Positions 1-13,714 of a stretch of DNA of 64,000 bases are shown here, in pieces. How positions within the stretch are numbered: the stretch's first letter is position 1; each line of letters starts with the position of its first letter. The translations under genes and the position numbers were made by a program. A model generated the notes under the pieces. That model was not told where the DNA came from, searched no databases, and saw only the letters and a list, made by a program, of their open reading frames with translations. Source of the stretch: the human T2T-CHM13v2.0 reference genome, Homo sapiens; the NCBI RefSeq assembly GCF_009914755.1, contig NC_060931.1; one strand, given 5' to 3'.

Positions 1-89
1 GCTAAAATGCCACCAGCCACCTTCTGCGTCCCTGGCCCGTGAACTCCCAACTCATTTCCTCCCCGTACCTTGCCAGCACTTCTGCCTAC

Positions 90-230
90 TTGGGGTTCAT
101 TCTAGTTTATATTCGTTTACTTACTTGCTCATTCTCTGGCTCCCCAACTCCAATATAAGGGGAGGGTCTTGGCTTGGTCCCCCTGTGCGTCTGGCACAAA
201 GGATGGTGCCCGGTACACAGTTGGAGCATA
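90..230 (+). mobile_element. Degraded L2 3' end fragment
   Basis: Resembles the L2 terminus (ttgctcattctctggctcccc...ggtcttggcttggt...tgcccggtacacagttgg); highly diverged. Confidence 0.4.
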
Positions 231-1324
231 ATGGAGTCTCCCTGAGCACAGAGTCCCTGTGCGGGCAGGGGCGCAGAGCAGAGGCTGAGCTGTTGGGTCC
301 TGCTGCCTGATCCCTCCGTCTCTCCTGGTCCGTGGGAAGGTGGGATTGGGCAGAGCTCATCCTGAAAGTTCCACCTGTGCCAGGGCACTGTCGCCCCATC
401 CAGGGACTGTCACCGAGGACAGCTTGAGGGCTGCAGCAGTGAGAGGCTGGTGCGGCTCCTGCCCCAGAACAGCAGCCCATGCACCCTACGGGTCGAGAAT
501 AACAGAAGGGCCAATGGGTTGGTGGCTGTGCCCCAGGGCACCGGGTGGGCCAGGGTGGACGGAGGGTGCTGCAGGGAAGGGGCCTGGATCCCCAAACCTT
601 GCCCGCTCCCAGCCCACATGAGGTGGCAGATCCCCAGGAGGTGCTGCTGTGTGTCCCCTCCCCCTGCCTGCACCAGGCCCCACCTGGGACCCTGCCCTGC
701 CTCCCCGCCAAGGGGCATGAGCCACTCACTGGGCCCTGTGCAGTGAGCCCTGTCTCATTCCTGTTTTCTAGAAGGGAAAGCCGGGGCTCAGAGAGGTTGG
801 CCCGCTGGTCAGTAGCTGGGAGCTGATTAGGGTCAGGCCCAGCCCCTCCTGTGTGGCAATGAGGATCTGGGCAGTGCAAGGCCCCCCAGCCTTCAGGGAC
901 CCCTTCTGTAAAGTGGAGAGGCTGCAGCCTGGGAACAGAGATCACCAAGCTCCCGTCTGCTCCAAGCCCATTGCTCCCCAGGCCAGAATCTCAGCCTGGC
1001 CTCAGAGGTACCTAAAACTCTCTTCTGTGGGCTTTGAGTCCAGGGTGCTGTGGTTACCCCCTGAGGCCGCCATGGGGCAGGAGACAAGGAGGAAAACCCT
1101 GTTTGGAAGGGCAGGCTGTCAGTGCCCAGGCCGGCAGCCCACCCTACTGCAGGATAGGGGCTGAGGGAGGTGCCCAGGAGCCGGCTCGGGATTCACACCC
1201 AGAGCTCTCGTGCAGGGCACCGCCGCCTTCCCGGCCAGCGGCTCCCAAGTTGGAACCTCTTTTGCATTTTCCAAGCGAGGAAAAGGTGGTGGGAGGAGGG
1301 CCTGGTTGGCCCCTGGGTAGCAGA

Positions 1325-1680
1325 CTAAAGATGGATATTTTGTTTGTTACAATCAAGACCTCTGATTTCAGTTTTATGAATTTTTAAAATATTAATTATA
1401 TTTTGGAAAGTGTGCGGAGGTGATGGCGCACGCCGCGGTTCTGCTTAGACGGCCCCTGTTCCGCGTTTGGTCCAGATTAGCTGCCGAGGAGGAGGTTGAG
1501 GCATTTTAATCCACCTTGTTAACTTATTAAATTTTCTTTATTTACATATGGATCCCACTTTCATTAGCATTGTAACAGGTGTTCATTAACAATTTATCAT
1601 TTGGGAGGCAGAGTGAGACAACATCGGAAAGAGAGACATTGCTACAAAGTTTACTCTTAATTACAAGGAACAGCGCAGAG
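1325..1680. promoter_or_regulatory. AT-rich non-repetitive island, candidate conserved enhancer
   Basis: Abrupt AT-rich unique sequence in a GC-rich background; many TAAT/ATTA cores, TGTTTG, GTTAAC; central CpG cluster at 1414-1485. Confidence 0.5.
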
Positions 1681-1994
1681 GGCAAAACACGACGGCTGCC
1701 CCCGCCTCCACCCCCTGCCCCGCAACCCCGGGACGCCGTTCAGGCCCCAGGGACTCCCAGAAACCCACCCCGTCTGCCTGTTGTGCCTAATCTGGGGTTC
1801 TCAGGGAAGAACCCTGCAGAGGGAGCCCGGGCCTGGGAGTCGGGAGATGGGGTCTGTGCACTGAGGCAAGGTCTGGGCTTCTAGGATGTGGTTCTCTGAT
1901 CCCAAGGCCGGGAAGGACCACCAGACTCTGAACCTGCAGCCCTGAGCTGGAATTCAACTGCAAATTACTTAACCGGTTGAAGTTTCCTTATTCA

Positions 1995-2130
1995 TTTATT
2001 TATTAGAGACAGGATCTTGCTCTGTGGCCCAGGCTGGCGTGCAATGGCACGACCATAGCTTACTGCAGCCTTGACCTCCTGGGCTCAGGTGATCCTCCCA
2101 CCTCAGCCTCCCAAAGTGCTGAGATGACAG
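1995..2130 (-). mobile_element. Alu monomer fragment (AluJ/FRAM-like)
   Basis: gagacaggatcttgctctgtggcccaggctgg...cctcccaaagtgctg. Confidence 0.85.
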
Positions 2131-2154
2131 CCCAGCCCCTCTTGAAGCTTCCTA

Positions 2155-3125
<971 letters not shown>

Positions 3126-4384
3126 AAACCCTGGATGTTAACAGTGGAGGGGCTGTTTGCAGGGTTGTCTGGACGGGTATAGACGGTGCAGGGCTGAAGG
3201 GTGACATTCACCCAAAACTGGTTTGTCAAGTGCCTGCTTGACGGGGGCTGTTAGGGAGGGGCGGGAGAGGAGCTGACCCTGCTGCAATCCAGGAGCCCAC
3301 GGGAGCCCACGGGGAGCCGGGCTATAGGAGGAGCTTGGAGGTTCCCTCAACAGGGCCACTGGGAGAAGGTGGTGACCTTTAAGGGGGCCTAGAGGGTCCT
3401 CCTGCCATCCGACTCCCCCGAGGGAGACCCCGAGTGTGAGCAGAGGGAGGGTGGCCAGGCCTCTGCACAGGACAGGCCTCCAGGGGCTTCTGGCTCGTGG
3501 CTGTCCCGGGCCTGGGTCAGGAGCTCCCTGCAGCGCGGGTCCTGTGTATGCAGCCAGCAGAGTCCGATGGTCACAGCCTCTTTGTCCCCTGAAAGCAGGG
3601 CCTGTGGCCTCCTCCCTCGTGGTGGTCCTGGGTGCAACGTGTGCACCGCCACCCCGCCTGCTGCCCCTGGGCCCCAGGCGCCAACATGCTTGGGGTGTGC
3701 GGGGGTGGGGGTGAGTGGAGGGCTGGAGGGGGAGATGGCATGGGCAGTGAGTCTTAGCCCCGGGGGGTAAGGATGGGCGTGGGGTGTGGAGTAAGGTCCC
3801 GGTCAGCAGGGCTGGGCTGTGGGTGCCAGCACAGGAGGAGGGGGGCACCACTGAGGGCTTCTCACCGTCCTCCCGATGGGCCTCTCTCTCCCCCTGCCCC
3901 CAGTCCCCAAAGGAGCCCACACCCCTGCAGTCCAGGACTTGAGGCGCCTACCGCCCCGTCCCCTCCACTTGTCCCTGGAGAAAGAGCCCAGATGCCCATC
4001 AGGCACCCCAGGCTCACCCATCCGGCCCAGGAAACCAAGGCCAGAGAGAGGTGAGGCGGCCACGGTCACCGGGGAGCCAGCGGCCAAGCTAGGGCTGGCA
4101 CAGGGGAGCCGGTGCATCCAGCCCTGCCCTGACCACGTGTTCTGAGGCTGGATGGGGCAGGAGAAACAGGAGGTCTGCAGTGCGGCAGGTGGCGAGGACA
4201 CGGCTGTGCCCAGGAGCGTGAGGAGACCCGTGACCCCTGGTCAGGTGCACGGTCCCCTGCAGACCCAGACCGGCCTCGGCGCCCACCTCCCCTCTCCCCG
4301 CGGCCGTGGACTCTCCCACTTCTCGCCTTCTGTCCTCGCTGGGAGCAGCGGCTCCTGCGGGTGCCCGGCCTGGCCTCTCCAGCT

Positions 4385-4725
4385 GCCTCAGATAATCGCC
4401 CTCGTAATCACCTTCCCTCACGCTGCTCCTTTAAAACATATTTCCAGGGTGTTTTTCACGGATAGGGCTTTGAATATTCATCTCAGTGCTGACAATTTTT
4501 CCTGCCTTGTTACGGAGAGCTGGTGTCGGTTTTTCATTGTATCTTTGGACAGTCGGTTTATTCGGAGCCACTTAAAGGCTCAAAAGTGATTCTCTTTTAT
4601 AATTTGAGAAGTTTCATGGACCGAACATCAAAGTGATTGGCTGGGAATGTTTTCTGCTGCTCTCCGTCTCCTTCTCCTCCCTCCCTGGCGTTCTCCACCT
4701 CCGTTTTGCTAAATTATTAGCAAGA
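4385..4725. promoter_or_regulatory. AT-rich island, candidate enhancer
   Basis: AACATCAAAG (TCF/LEF) 4624-4633, CCACTTAA (NKX) 4568-4575, TGATTGG, inverted repeat TTGCTAA-ATTA-TTAGCAA 4706-4723. Confidence 0.5.
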
Positions 4726-4842
4726 CACTCTTCAGCCCCTCACCCCAGCCTTGCTGAACCTCCAGGCCTTGGGGAAGGTCAGGCCCTGCGGTGGTTTTGG
4801 CCTCGGGGGGAGGGGGTGATGCCTTTTAGTCTGGAGTTCCTG

Positions 4843-5362
4843 ATGGACTGGGAGGATGGCAGGGGACGGACTGGGAGGATGGCAGGGGACGGACTGGGAG
4901 GATGGCAGGGGACGGACAGGGAGGATGGCAGGGGCAGGGGAGGATGGCAGGGACGGACTGGGAGGATGGCAGGGGACGGACTGGGAGGATGGCAGGGGAT
5001 GGACTGGGAGGATGGCAGGGGCAGGGGAGGATGGCAGAGGACGGACTGGGAGGATGGCAGGGGACGGACTGGGAGGATGGCAGGGGACGGGTTGGGAGGA
5101 TGGCAGGGGATGGTTTGGGAGGATGGCAGGGGACGGACTGGGAGGATGGCAGGGGATGGACTGGGAGGATGGCACGGGCAGGGGAGGATGGCAGGGGACG
5201 GACTGGGAGGATGGCAGGGGACGGACTGGGAGGATGGCAGGGGACGGACTGGGAGGATGGCAGGGGATGGATTGGGAGGATGGCAGGGGACGGACTGGGA
5301 GGATGGCAGGGGATGGACTGGGAGGATGGCAGGGACGGACTGGGAGGATGGCAGGGGCAGGG
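4843..5362 (+). repeat. G-rich minisatellite, 23-bp unit GGACTGGGAGGATGGCAGGGGAC with shorter variant units (~23 copies)
   Basis: Direct tandem repetition. Confidence 0.95.
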
Positions 5363-5570
5363 GGGGCTTGCAGGGCATCAGAGGGGCTCTCGGCATGGAA
5401 CCTTGGACCTGCTGTGGGTCCCGCCCTGTCTCCAGCCTGCAAGGGCCATTTTCTCATCTGTAAAGTGGGTGTCTTGGCTCAGAGCAGGGCCATAAACTCA
5501 CACAGTCCCAGTCATCAGGCAAGTCTCCTCGATGGGCGGTGCCAGCTGGGTTTGTCAGCAGAAGAGCGCT

Positions 5571-5667
5571 CCATCCATCATCCATCTATCTATCCATCCA
5601 CCCACCCATCCATCCGTCCGTCCGTCCATCCATCCATCCATCCATCCATCCATCCATCCATCCATCC
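5571..5667 (+). repeat. (CCAT)n microsatellite, probably derived from the tail of an adjacent - strand L2 remnant (5668-5735)
   Basis: ccat/ccgt/ctat tetramers followed by L2-like gtgttctaggg...gggaacaaacaggcaaag. Confidence 0.85.
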
Positions 5668-5736
5668 AGCAGCGCTGTGGGCCCGGCCGTGTTCTAGGGG
5701 GTAGGGACGCGGCAGGGAACAAACAGGCAAAGCTCC

Positions 5737-6112
<376 letters not shown>

Positions 6113-6524
6113 TTAATGACGGGGCCTGGGGACCTGGAAAGCTGGAAAGTGGTTCTAACGGGCATGGCCACCCTCGGAGGCCCCTCGTCTCCTGTGGGGA
6201 AGCCCGTCCTGCCCACCATGAGCTGGGCCAAAGGCCCTGAGAGTTAGTGGAGGAGCTGAGCTGGTCCCTCTGGACTCCCAGGGCTGGCACGAGTGTGGGC
6301 CAGCCCAACCCTGCTCACCAATTCTTGCGCTGGGCAGGACAGGGCGCAGGGGAGGCCAGCAGCAGGGGCCGCGTCAGGCAGGCAGAGGCCCCAGCCCGGA
6401 GTTGCTGGAGCTTTTGTTCTGTGTGGGATTTGCAAGAGAAGCTGGAAGTCTACATCAACCTTTGGAATCTCCTGATTTGCAAATGCTGGCGACTATTTCA
6501 TAGATGTTGAATACGCCATGTGGC

Positions 6525-7060
<536 letters not shown>

Positions 7061-8524
7061 CTGGACATCATTAACCACAGGTGTGTTTGATAAAAATGTA
7101 CCCACTGCCGTTGGTCATCGAGGCTGGCCAGCCTGCTAAACCCTCAGGTGCTGACTTCCACCAAGAGAAGTGCCCAGAGCTCCGGGCAAGCGTGGGGAGG
7201 GGCCGTGACCTGTGGGCCGCGATCCTGGTCTCAGTCCCAGCTCCTCCCTGCACTCCCCGGAGCTTGCCAGGACTGCAGCCGGCCCTCGTGCCCCCGGAGT
7301 TTATTTGCACCTCACTCCTCCATAGCTGCCACCAGCACTGGCGTGATTTTATAATGTTTGCACTTTCAACTATAGCAAGATAAATGGGTGCGATTACCCC
7401 GCTCCCCGCCTGGGAACATGTGGCCTGGCATATGTGGGGCCAACCTCAGCAGAAATCCACGTGCACCTCCGCAGGCAGTGCGTCCCCCGCACACCCGCTG
7501 CCCGCCCGGCTTTCACTCCAGAATGGCGCTGCCCGTGCCTGTACAGACAGCTGGCAAAGCGTCAGATGGCATTACAATATTTTTACTTATAATCGAGAAA
7601 GCAATAAAAATACGCATTTAAGTAGAATATTGCTGTTCTAAAGGGGCTGGGGAAACCTGGGGAGGAAACCAGGTTTTGCCATAAATTCAGAGTCCAGGTT
7701 GAGCGTGGGAGGGGCCATCCCAGGCACGTGGGCTGCTGCGGCTGTGCCTGAGCCACACCTGGCGGGCAGGGTGGGGTTCTGTTTGTAGGTGGCTTTGGGG
7801 AGATGGTTTCCTCATCTGCGAAGGGGGTCTGCCTGCTCCAGTTCTTCAGGGGTTACTCCTGGGAAGTGGCCCTTTAGAGGCCAGAGACCCCTTAGAGGAG
7901 CTGGGGAGGGCTGAGAACGCTTACCCCTCAAAATGCCAACATGGCATTTGGTGACAACCAAACTCAGGGAGTTCTTAGGCCCTCCATCGGACCTCGATCG
8001 GACCCCGTCATGAACGTGGGCACTTTTGCAGGCGCCAAAGCTCTGCTCCTCCCCAAGCCCCTTACCTGGCCAGGTACCCCGTTCTGTGGATGAACGGATG
8101 GAGCTTCCTGAGACAGCAACACACCTAAAGTCCCGCAAACAGCCGGGGCCCGGCTGGGATTCCAGTCCCCAGCCCCCAGACTCCAGAACCCCAGACCTGC
8201 GCTTCTCCCGACAGGAAGGTGTCCCCGCTGAGGCTTACCCGCCTGTAACCTCCCTGGCCACCCACCCTGTGTGCACCCTGGAGGACCCCGGAGGAGCCTG
8301 CCATCCTAGTGTCCTTCCGGGCGTGACTTTGAGGAGCACCTGAGGATTTGGATTTGGACAAGCCTCCCAGCTGCCTGCAGGTCCTGCTCTTCCATGGGAG
8401 GTGTCAGGAGAGTGAAGCCGGGCCCCCATGCCCCGGCCCACACAACCAGCTCACCCTGCCTGCCTGCAGCCTTGCGCCCCTGCCCCCTGGAACTCTCCCA
8501 GCAGCCCCAAGAGAGATGGGGCTG

Positions 8525-8640
8525 CCATTTGCAGATGGAGAAACTGAGGCTAGGAAGGGTTAGGACGTAACTGAGGCTAGGAAGGGTTAGGACGTAACTC
8601 AGTCCATTTGCACAGTCGAGGCTGGGCTGGGTACGAGGGT
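8525..8640 (+). mobile_element. MIR fragment carrying a perfect 27-bp tandem duplication (8542-8595)
   Basis: MIR core ccatttgcagatggagaaactgaggct; AACTGAGGCTAGGAAGGGTTAGGACGT x2. Confidence 0.75.
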
Positions 8641-9099
8641 GACCCATGTAAGATCTGGAGAAGGAACTCCTCTGGGCAGGGACCACGGGATCCACCCCAC
8701 CTGTCCCCAGACCTCAGAGCTGATCGTGCAGCAGCCCAGCCGGGCTGGGTCCAGGAGTGGGCAGAGTAGACACAGCCCCCGAGCTCCTGGGTACACAAAT
8801 AAACATACTTGGTGCATACGAGCAGCTTCAGGCGCCTGGTAATGGGCGCTGCGTTAACAGTGGAGGGGGTCAGTCACAGGGAGCTGCTTCGGCCAGGGTG
8901 TGTCAGATACGGCCCCTTGGAGGAGGCGGCACCCACATACGGAGGAGGCACCATGAGGGATCTGGTGAGAAGCCCTCCCCTCAGAGAACTGTAGGTGCAG
9001 AGGGCCCGGACTCTGCCCAGCCTGGAAAAGCCCCAGTATGGAGGTGCCCAGGGCTGGGAGCAGAGGGAGGGGGGCGGGGATGTGGTCAGGGAGGGCGGC

Positions 9100-11802
9100 A
9101 GGGACAGACTGTGCAGGGTTGGGGGGAGATTGTGTAGAATTGGGGAACAGATTGTGTAGGATTGAGGGGACAGACTGTGATGGGTTAGGGGGAGATTGTG
9201 TAGGGTTGGGGGACAGACTGTGTTGGATTTGGGGGAGAGAATGTATAGGGATAGAGGGAGATTGTGTAGGGTTGAAGGAACAGATTGTTTATGGTTGGGG
9301 ACAGATTGTGTAGGGTTGGGGGCAGATTGTGTAGGGTTTTTAGGAGGGATTGTGTAGGGTTGGAGAGACAGATTGTGTATGGTTGGGGGGACAGATTGTG
9401 TATGGTTGGGGGAGAGAATGTATAGGGTTGGAGGGAGATTGTGTAAGATTAGGGAGAGATTGTTTATGGTTGGGGACAGATTGTGTATTGTTGTTGGGAG
9501 GGATTGCGTAGGGTTGTGGGGACAGATTGTGTAGGGTTTAGGGGAGAGATTGTGTAGGATTGGGGAAGATTGTGTGGGGTTGCAGGAGAGATTGTTTATG
9601 GTTGGAAACAGATTGTGTAGTGTTGGGAGGGATTGTGTAGTGTTGGGAGGGAGATTGTGTAGTGTTGGGGGAGAGATTGTTTATGGTTGGGGACAGATTG
9701 TGTAGGGTTGGGAGAGATTGTGTAGTGTTCGGAGAGATTGTGTAGTGTTGGGGGAGATTGTGTAGGGTTGGGGGAGATTGTGTAGGGTTGGGAGAGATTG
9801 TGTAGGGTTGGGGGAGATTGTGTAGGGTTGGGGGAGATTGTGTAGGGTTGGGGGAGATTGCGTAGTGTTGGGAGAGATTGTGTAGGGTTGGGGGAGATTG
9901 TGTAGTGTTGGGGGAGATTGTGTAGGGTTGGGGGAGATTGTGTAGGGTTGGGGGAGATTGTGTAGGGTTGGGGGGACAGATTGTGTATAGTTGGGAGAGA
10001 GATTGTTTATGGTTGGGGACAGATTGTGTAGTGTTGTTGGCAGGCATTGTGTAGGGTTGGGGCCATAGATGGTATAGAGTTGGGGAACAGATTGTGTAGC
10101 ATTATAGGAAGAGATGTGTAGGATTGGGAGAGAGTTGTGTAGGGTTGGTGGGATGGATTTTGTAGGGTTGTGGGGGACAGATTTTGTAGATTTGGAGGGA
10201 TAGATGGTGCAGGGTTGAGGGGGACAGATTCTGTAGATTTGGAGGGATAGATGGTGCAGGGTTGAGGGGGACAGATTGTGTAGATTTGGAAGGATAGATG
10301 GTGCAGGCTTGAGGGGGACAGACTGTGTAGGGCTGGGGGACAGATTGTGTAGTATTGGGTGACAAATTGTGAAGTGTTGTGGGGGATAGATCGTGTAGCA
10401 CTGGGGGATAGATTGGGTTGGGTATGGGGGAGAGGTTGTGTAGTGTTATGGGAGATAGACTGTATAGGGTTGGGGACAGACTGTGTAGGGTTGGGCATAT
10501 ACTGTGTAGGGTTGGGGACAGACTGTGTAGGGTTGGGGGGCAGATTGAGTAGGGGTGAGGACAGATTGTGTAGGATTGGCAGGAGAGATTGTGTAGGGTT
10601 GGGGGACAGATTGAATAGGGTTGGGGACACATTGTATAGGATTGGGGGTGACAGATTGTGTAGAATTGCTGGGGGAGAGATTGTGTTGTGGGAGACAGAC
10701 CATATAGGGTTGGGGACAGATTGTGTAGGGTTTGGGGGACAGATTGTGTAGTGTTGTGGGAGACAGACTATATAGGATTGGAGACAGACTTTATAGGGTT
10801 GGGGACAGATTGTGTAGGGTTGGGACAGATTGTAAAAGGTTGGGGAAAGATTGTATAAGATGGTGGACAGATTGTATAGGGTTGGGACTGATTGTATAGG
10901 GTTGGGACAGATTGTATAGGGTGGGGGACAGATTGTATAGGGTTAGGACAGATTGTATAGGGTGGGGGTCAGATTGTATAGGGAGGGGGACAGACTGTAT
11001 AGGGTTGGCATAGATTGTATAGGGTGGGGGACAGATTGTATAGGGTGGGGGACAGACTGTATAGGGTGGGGGACAGATTGTATAGGGTTGGGACAGACTG
11101 TATAGGGTTGGGGAAAGATTATATAAGGTTGCGGACAGATTGTATAGGGTTGGGACTGATTGTATAGGGTTGGGACAGATTGTATAGGGTGGGGGACAGA
11201 TTGTATAGGGTTGGGACAGATTGTATAGGGTGGGGGTCAGGTTGTATAGGGAGGGGGACAGATTGTATAGGGTTGGGGTCAGCCTGTATAGGGTGGGGGA
11301 CAGACTGTATAGGATTGGGACAGATTGTATAGGGTTGGGACAGATTGTATAGGGTGGGGGACAGATTGTATAGTGTTGGGGACAGATTGCATAGGTTGGA
11401 GGACAGATTGTATAAGGTTGGGGACAGACTGTATAGGATAGGGGACAGATTGTATAGGCTTGGGACAGATTGTATAGGGTTGGGACAGATTGTGTAAGGT
11501 TGGGGACAGATTGTATAGGGTTGGGGACAGACTGTATAGTGTCGGGGACAGATTGTATAGGTTGGAGGACAGATTGTATAAGGTTGGGGACAGACTGTAT
11601 AGGGTGGGGGACAGATTGTATAGGTTGAAGGACAGATTGTATAGGGTTGGGGTCAGGTTGTATAGGGCGGGGATAGACTGTATAGGGTTGGGGACAGACT
11701 GTATAAGGTTGGGGACAGATTGTGTAGGGTTGCGGGAGAGATTGTGCAGTGTTGTGGGAGACAAACTATATTGGGTTGGGGACAGACTGCAAAGGGTTGG
11801 GG
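9100..11802 (+). repeat. 2.7-kb degenerate minisatellite, ~20-22-bp unit GGGACAGATTGT(G/A)TAGGGTTG
   Basis: Tandem repetition; homogeneous 20-bp block at 9701-9970; TGTG units on the left, TGTA units on the right. Confidence 0.95.
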
Positions 11803-12864
11803 ATGGAGGGTGCCCCTGCCGCAGCCATTCTGGACCTGGAAGCCTCACACCTCCTCTTGGCCCATTTTCCAGGTCCTGCCTCTTCCTGGAAGCCGTTCTG
11901 TCCCCTCTCCTGCCCCCTCTCTTCCACTGGTTAACTCTTCCTGCAGAAGGGGGTCAGAGGCCACATGCCTCCTCCCTGGAGGTGACCTTCAAGCCCCTGT
12001 CCCGCTCCTTGATGTGGGGCCTTCATGTGGCTCCAGGTGGGCAGGGTCCAGGCCTTCATCCCTGGGTCCCAGCACCCCACACGGGGCCAGCACAGACCTG
12101 CGTGCGGAGGAGCGAATGGGGTAGGGCCCCATAAGGCACTGGGGTCCTGGCTGGAGGTGCAGGTGGTCAGTGGGGGCTGGCATGGACCTCACCGCTGTGC
12201 TCTGAGGTCACTATGTACCCTGAGGTCAGCAGGGCCCCTCCTGGCCCCACCCGTCACTTACAAGGGCCCCTGCTCAAGAAGTCACCTGCAGATGCCGGGG
12301 ACGAGTGGAGGGCGGGGGCGCCGGTGTCCATACGAGGAGAAGTCTGCTCAGCATGGCTCTAGACAGCGGGTGTCCCCACGGGGTGTCCAGAAGCTGCTGC
12401 ATGGACCATGCATCGATCCCGGTCAGCCTGGGGAGCACCAGTCAAGGGGGCCCCCCAACCCTGGCAGTCCGGGGGAGGAAGAGGAACCACTGAGGTTGGA
12501 GGCAGAGGCATCCCTTCGCCCCCAGAGCAGCCCTGGGCTGGGGGAGCTTTGGTGGGGGTGCAGGGTCCCTGTGAGGCGGCCTGGGCTTTCCCAGACCTGC
12601 AGGAGACCGAGCTGGGGGATGACAGGGACCTTTTCTGTCTGAGGTGGCCCCTGACATCCTGGAGTGGGCCTGAGACGTCCCCCGGGAGCACCAGAGTGTG
12701 CTGCACGAAAGGGGGCTCTAGGAAAGGACGGGCGTCCCACCTGCCACAGACGCACCCTCTTCACGACAGCTCGGCAGCCCAGGCCTCTCTCCCCAGCTCG
12801 TCCTGCATCTCAGGACAGAGTCTTCCTCAGGCCACCTTTGCTGCTTTCCTTTAAAAAAAAAAAA

Positions 12865-13123
12865 TTTTTTTTGAGATGGTGTCTTGCTATTTTGCCCAGG
12901 CTGGTCTCAAACTCCTGGCTCAAGTGATCCTCTCGCCTCGGCCTCCTGAGTAGCTGGGACCACAGGCACACACCATCACGCCCAGCTAATTTTTTTTTAA
13001 TTGTTGGTAGAGACAGAGTCTCACTATGTTGCCTAGGCTGGTCTCAAACTCCTGACTTAAGCGATCCTCCCGCCTCAGCTTCCCGAGTAGCTGGGGTCCC
13101 AGGTGTGAGCCAACGCGCCTGGC
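12865..13123 (-). mobile_element. Two tandem FLAM/AluJ-like monomers
   Basis: Two left-monomer-like units, each containing caggctggtctcaaactcctg. Confidence 0.85.
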
Positions 13124-13714
13124 TTACTTGCTGCCCTCCTGGGCTCTGTTTTCTACACAGTGAAGAGAGGGTGGGTGTTGGGGGTCCCGGGGAGCCCTGT
13201 AGCAGCTGGGTCTGGGAGTGACAGTGAGGGGCTGCAGCTGAGGAGAGAGCTGTGCCAGGGTGGGCACTGGGCTCTCGTCCTCCTGGGTGAGGGGCTGGGC
13301 AGACAGGCCCCTCTCCTCCCTTCTCCTGGACAGAGCAGCACTGCCCTCTGGCCACCTACGTAAAGGCGCTGACGGGGCCAGGTGCCAGGTGCCAGGTGTC
13401 TGTGCTGACGCTGGAGTGCCTGGCTGTGTCCTGGGAGCCAAGCAGTGTCCTGGGAGCCTGGGTGAAGGCCCGCGACCCTGGCAGGAGGTCTCAGAGAAGA
13501 CGGCTCGCCACAGGCCCTCAGAACACCCTCCTGGTCTACAGAGGGGACGCTGAGGCTGGGAGCGGGAATGTGGCTGGTCCCTGCTGCTCCCTCGCTCGCC
13601 CCTGTCCCCGAAGCCCCAGGACACCCAGTGGCCCTCTTTGGGCTGGACCCACCCTGGCCACCCTGGCCCTTCCGGCTGCCGGCTGGGGACGCGGGCATGG
13701 TGCGGCAGGCCTGC

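Noticed and set aside
4633-5704. Overlapping 200-280-aa G/W/D- or P-rich ORFs
   Set aside because: Translations of the 23-bp VNTR
9100-11802. Interstitial telomere or chromosome fusion site
   Set aside because: No tandem (TTAGGG)n and no head-to-head array; the period is ~20-22 bp
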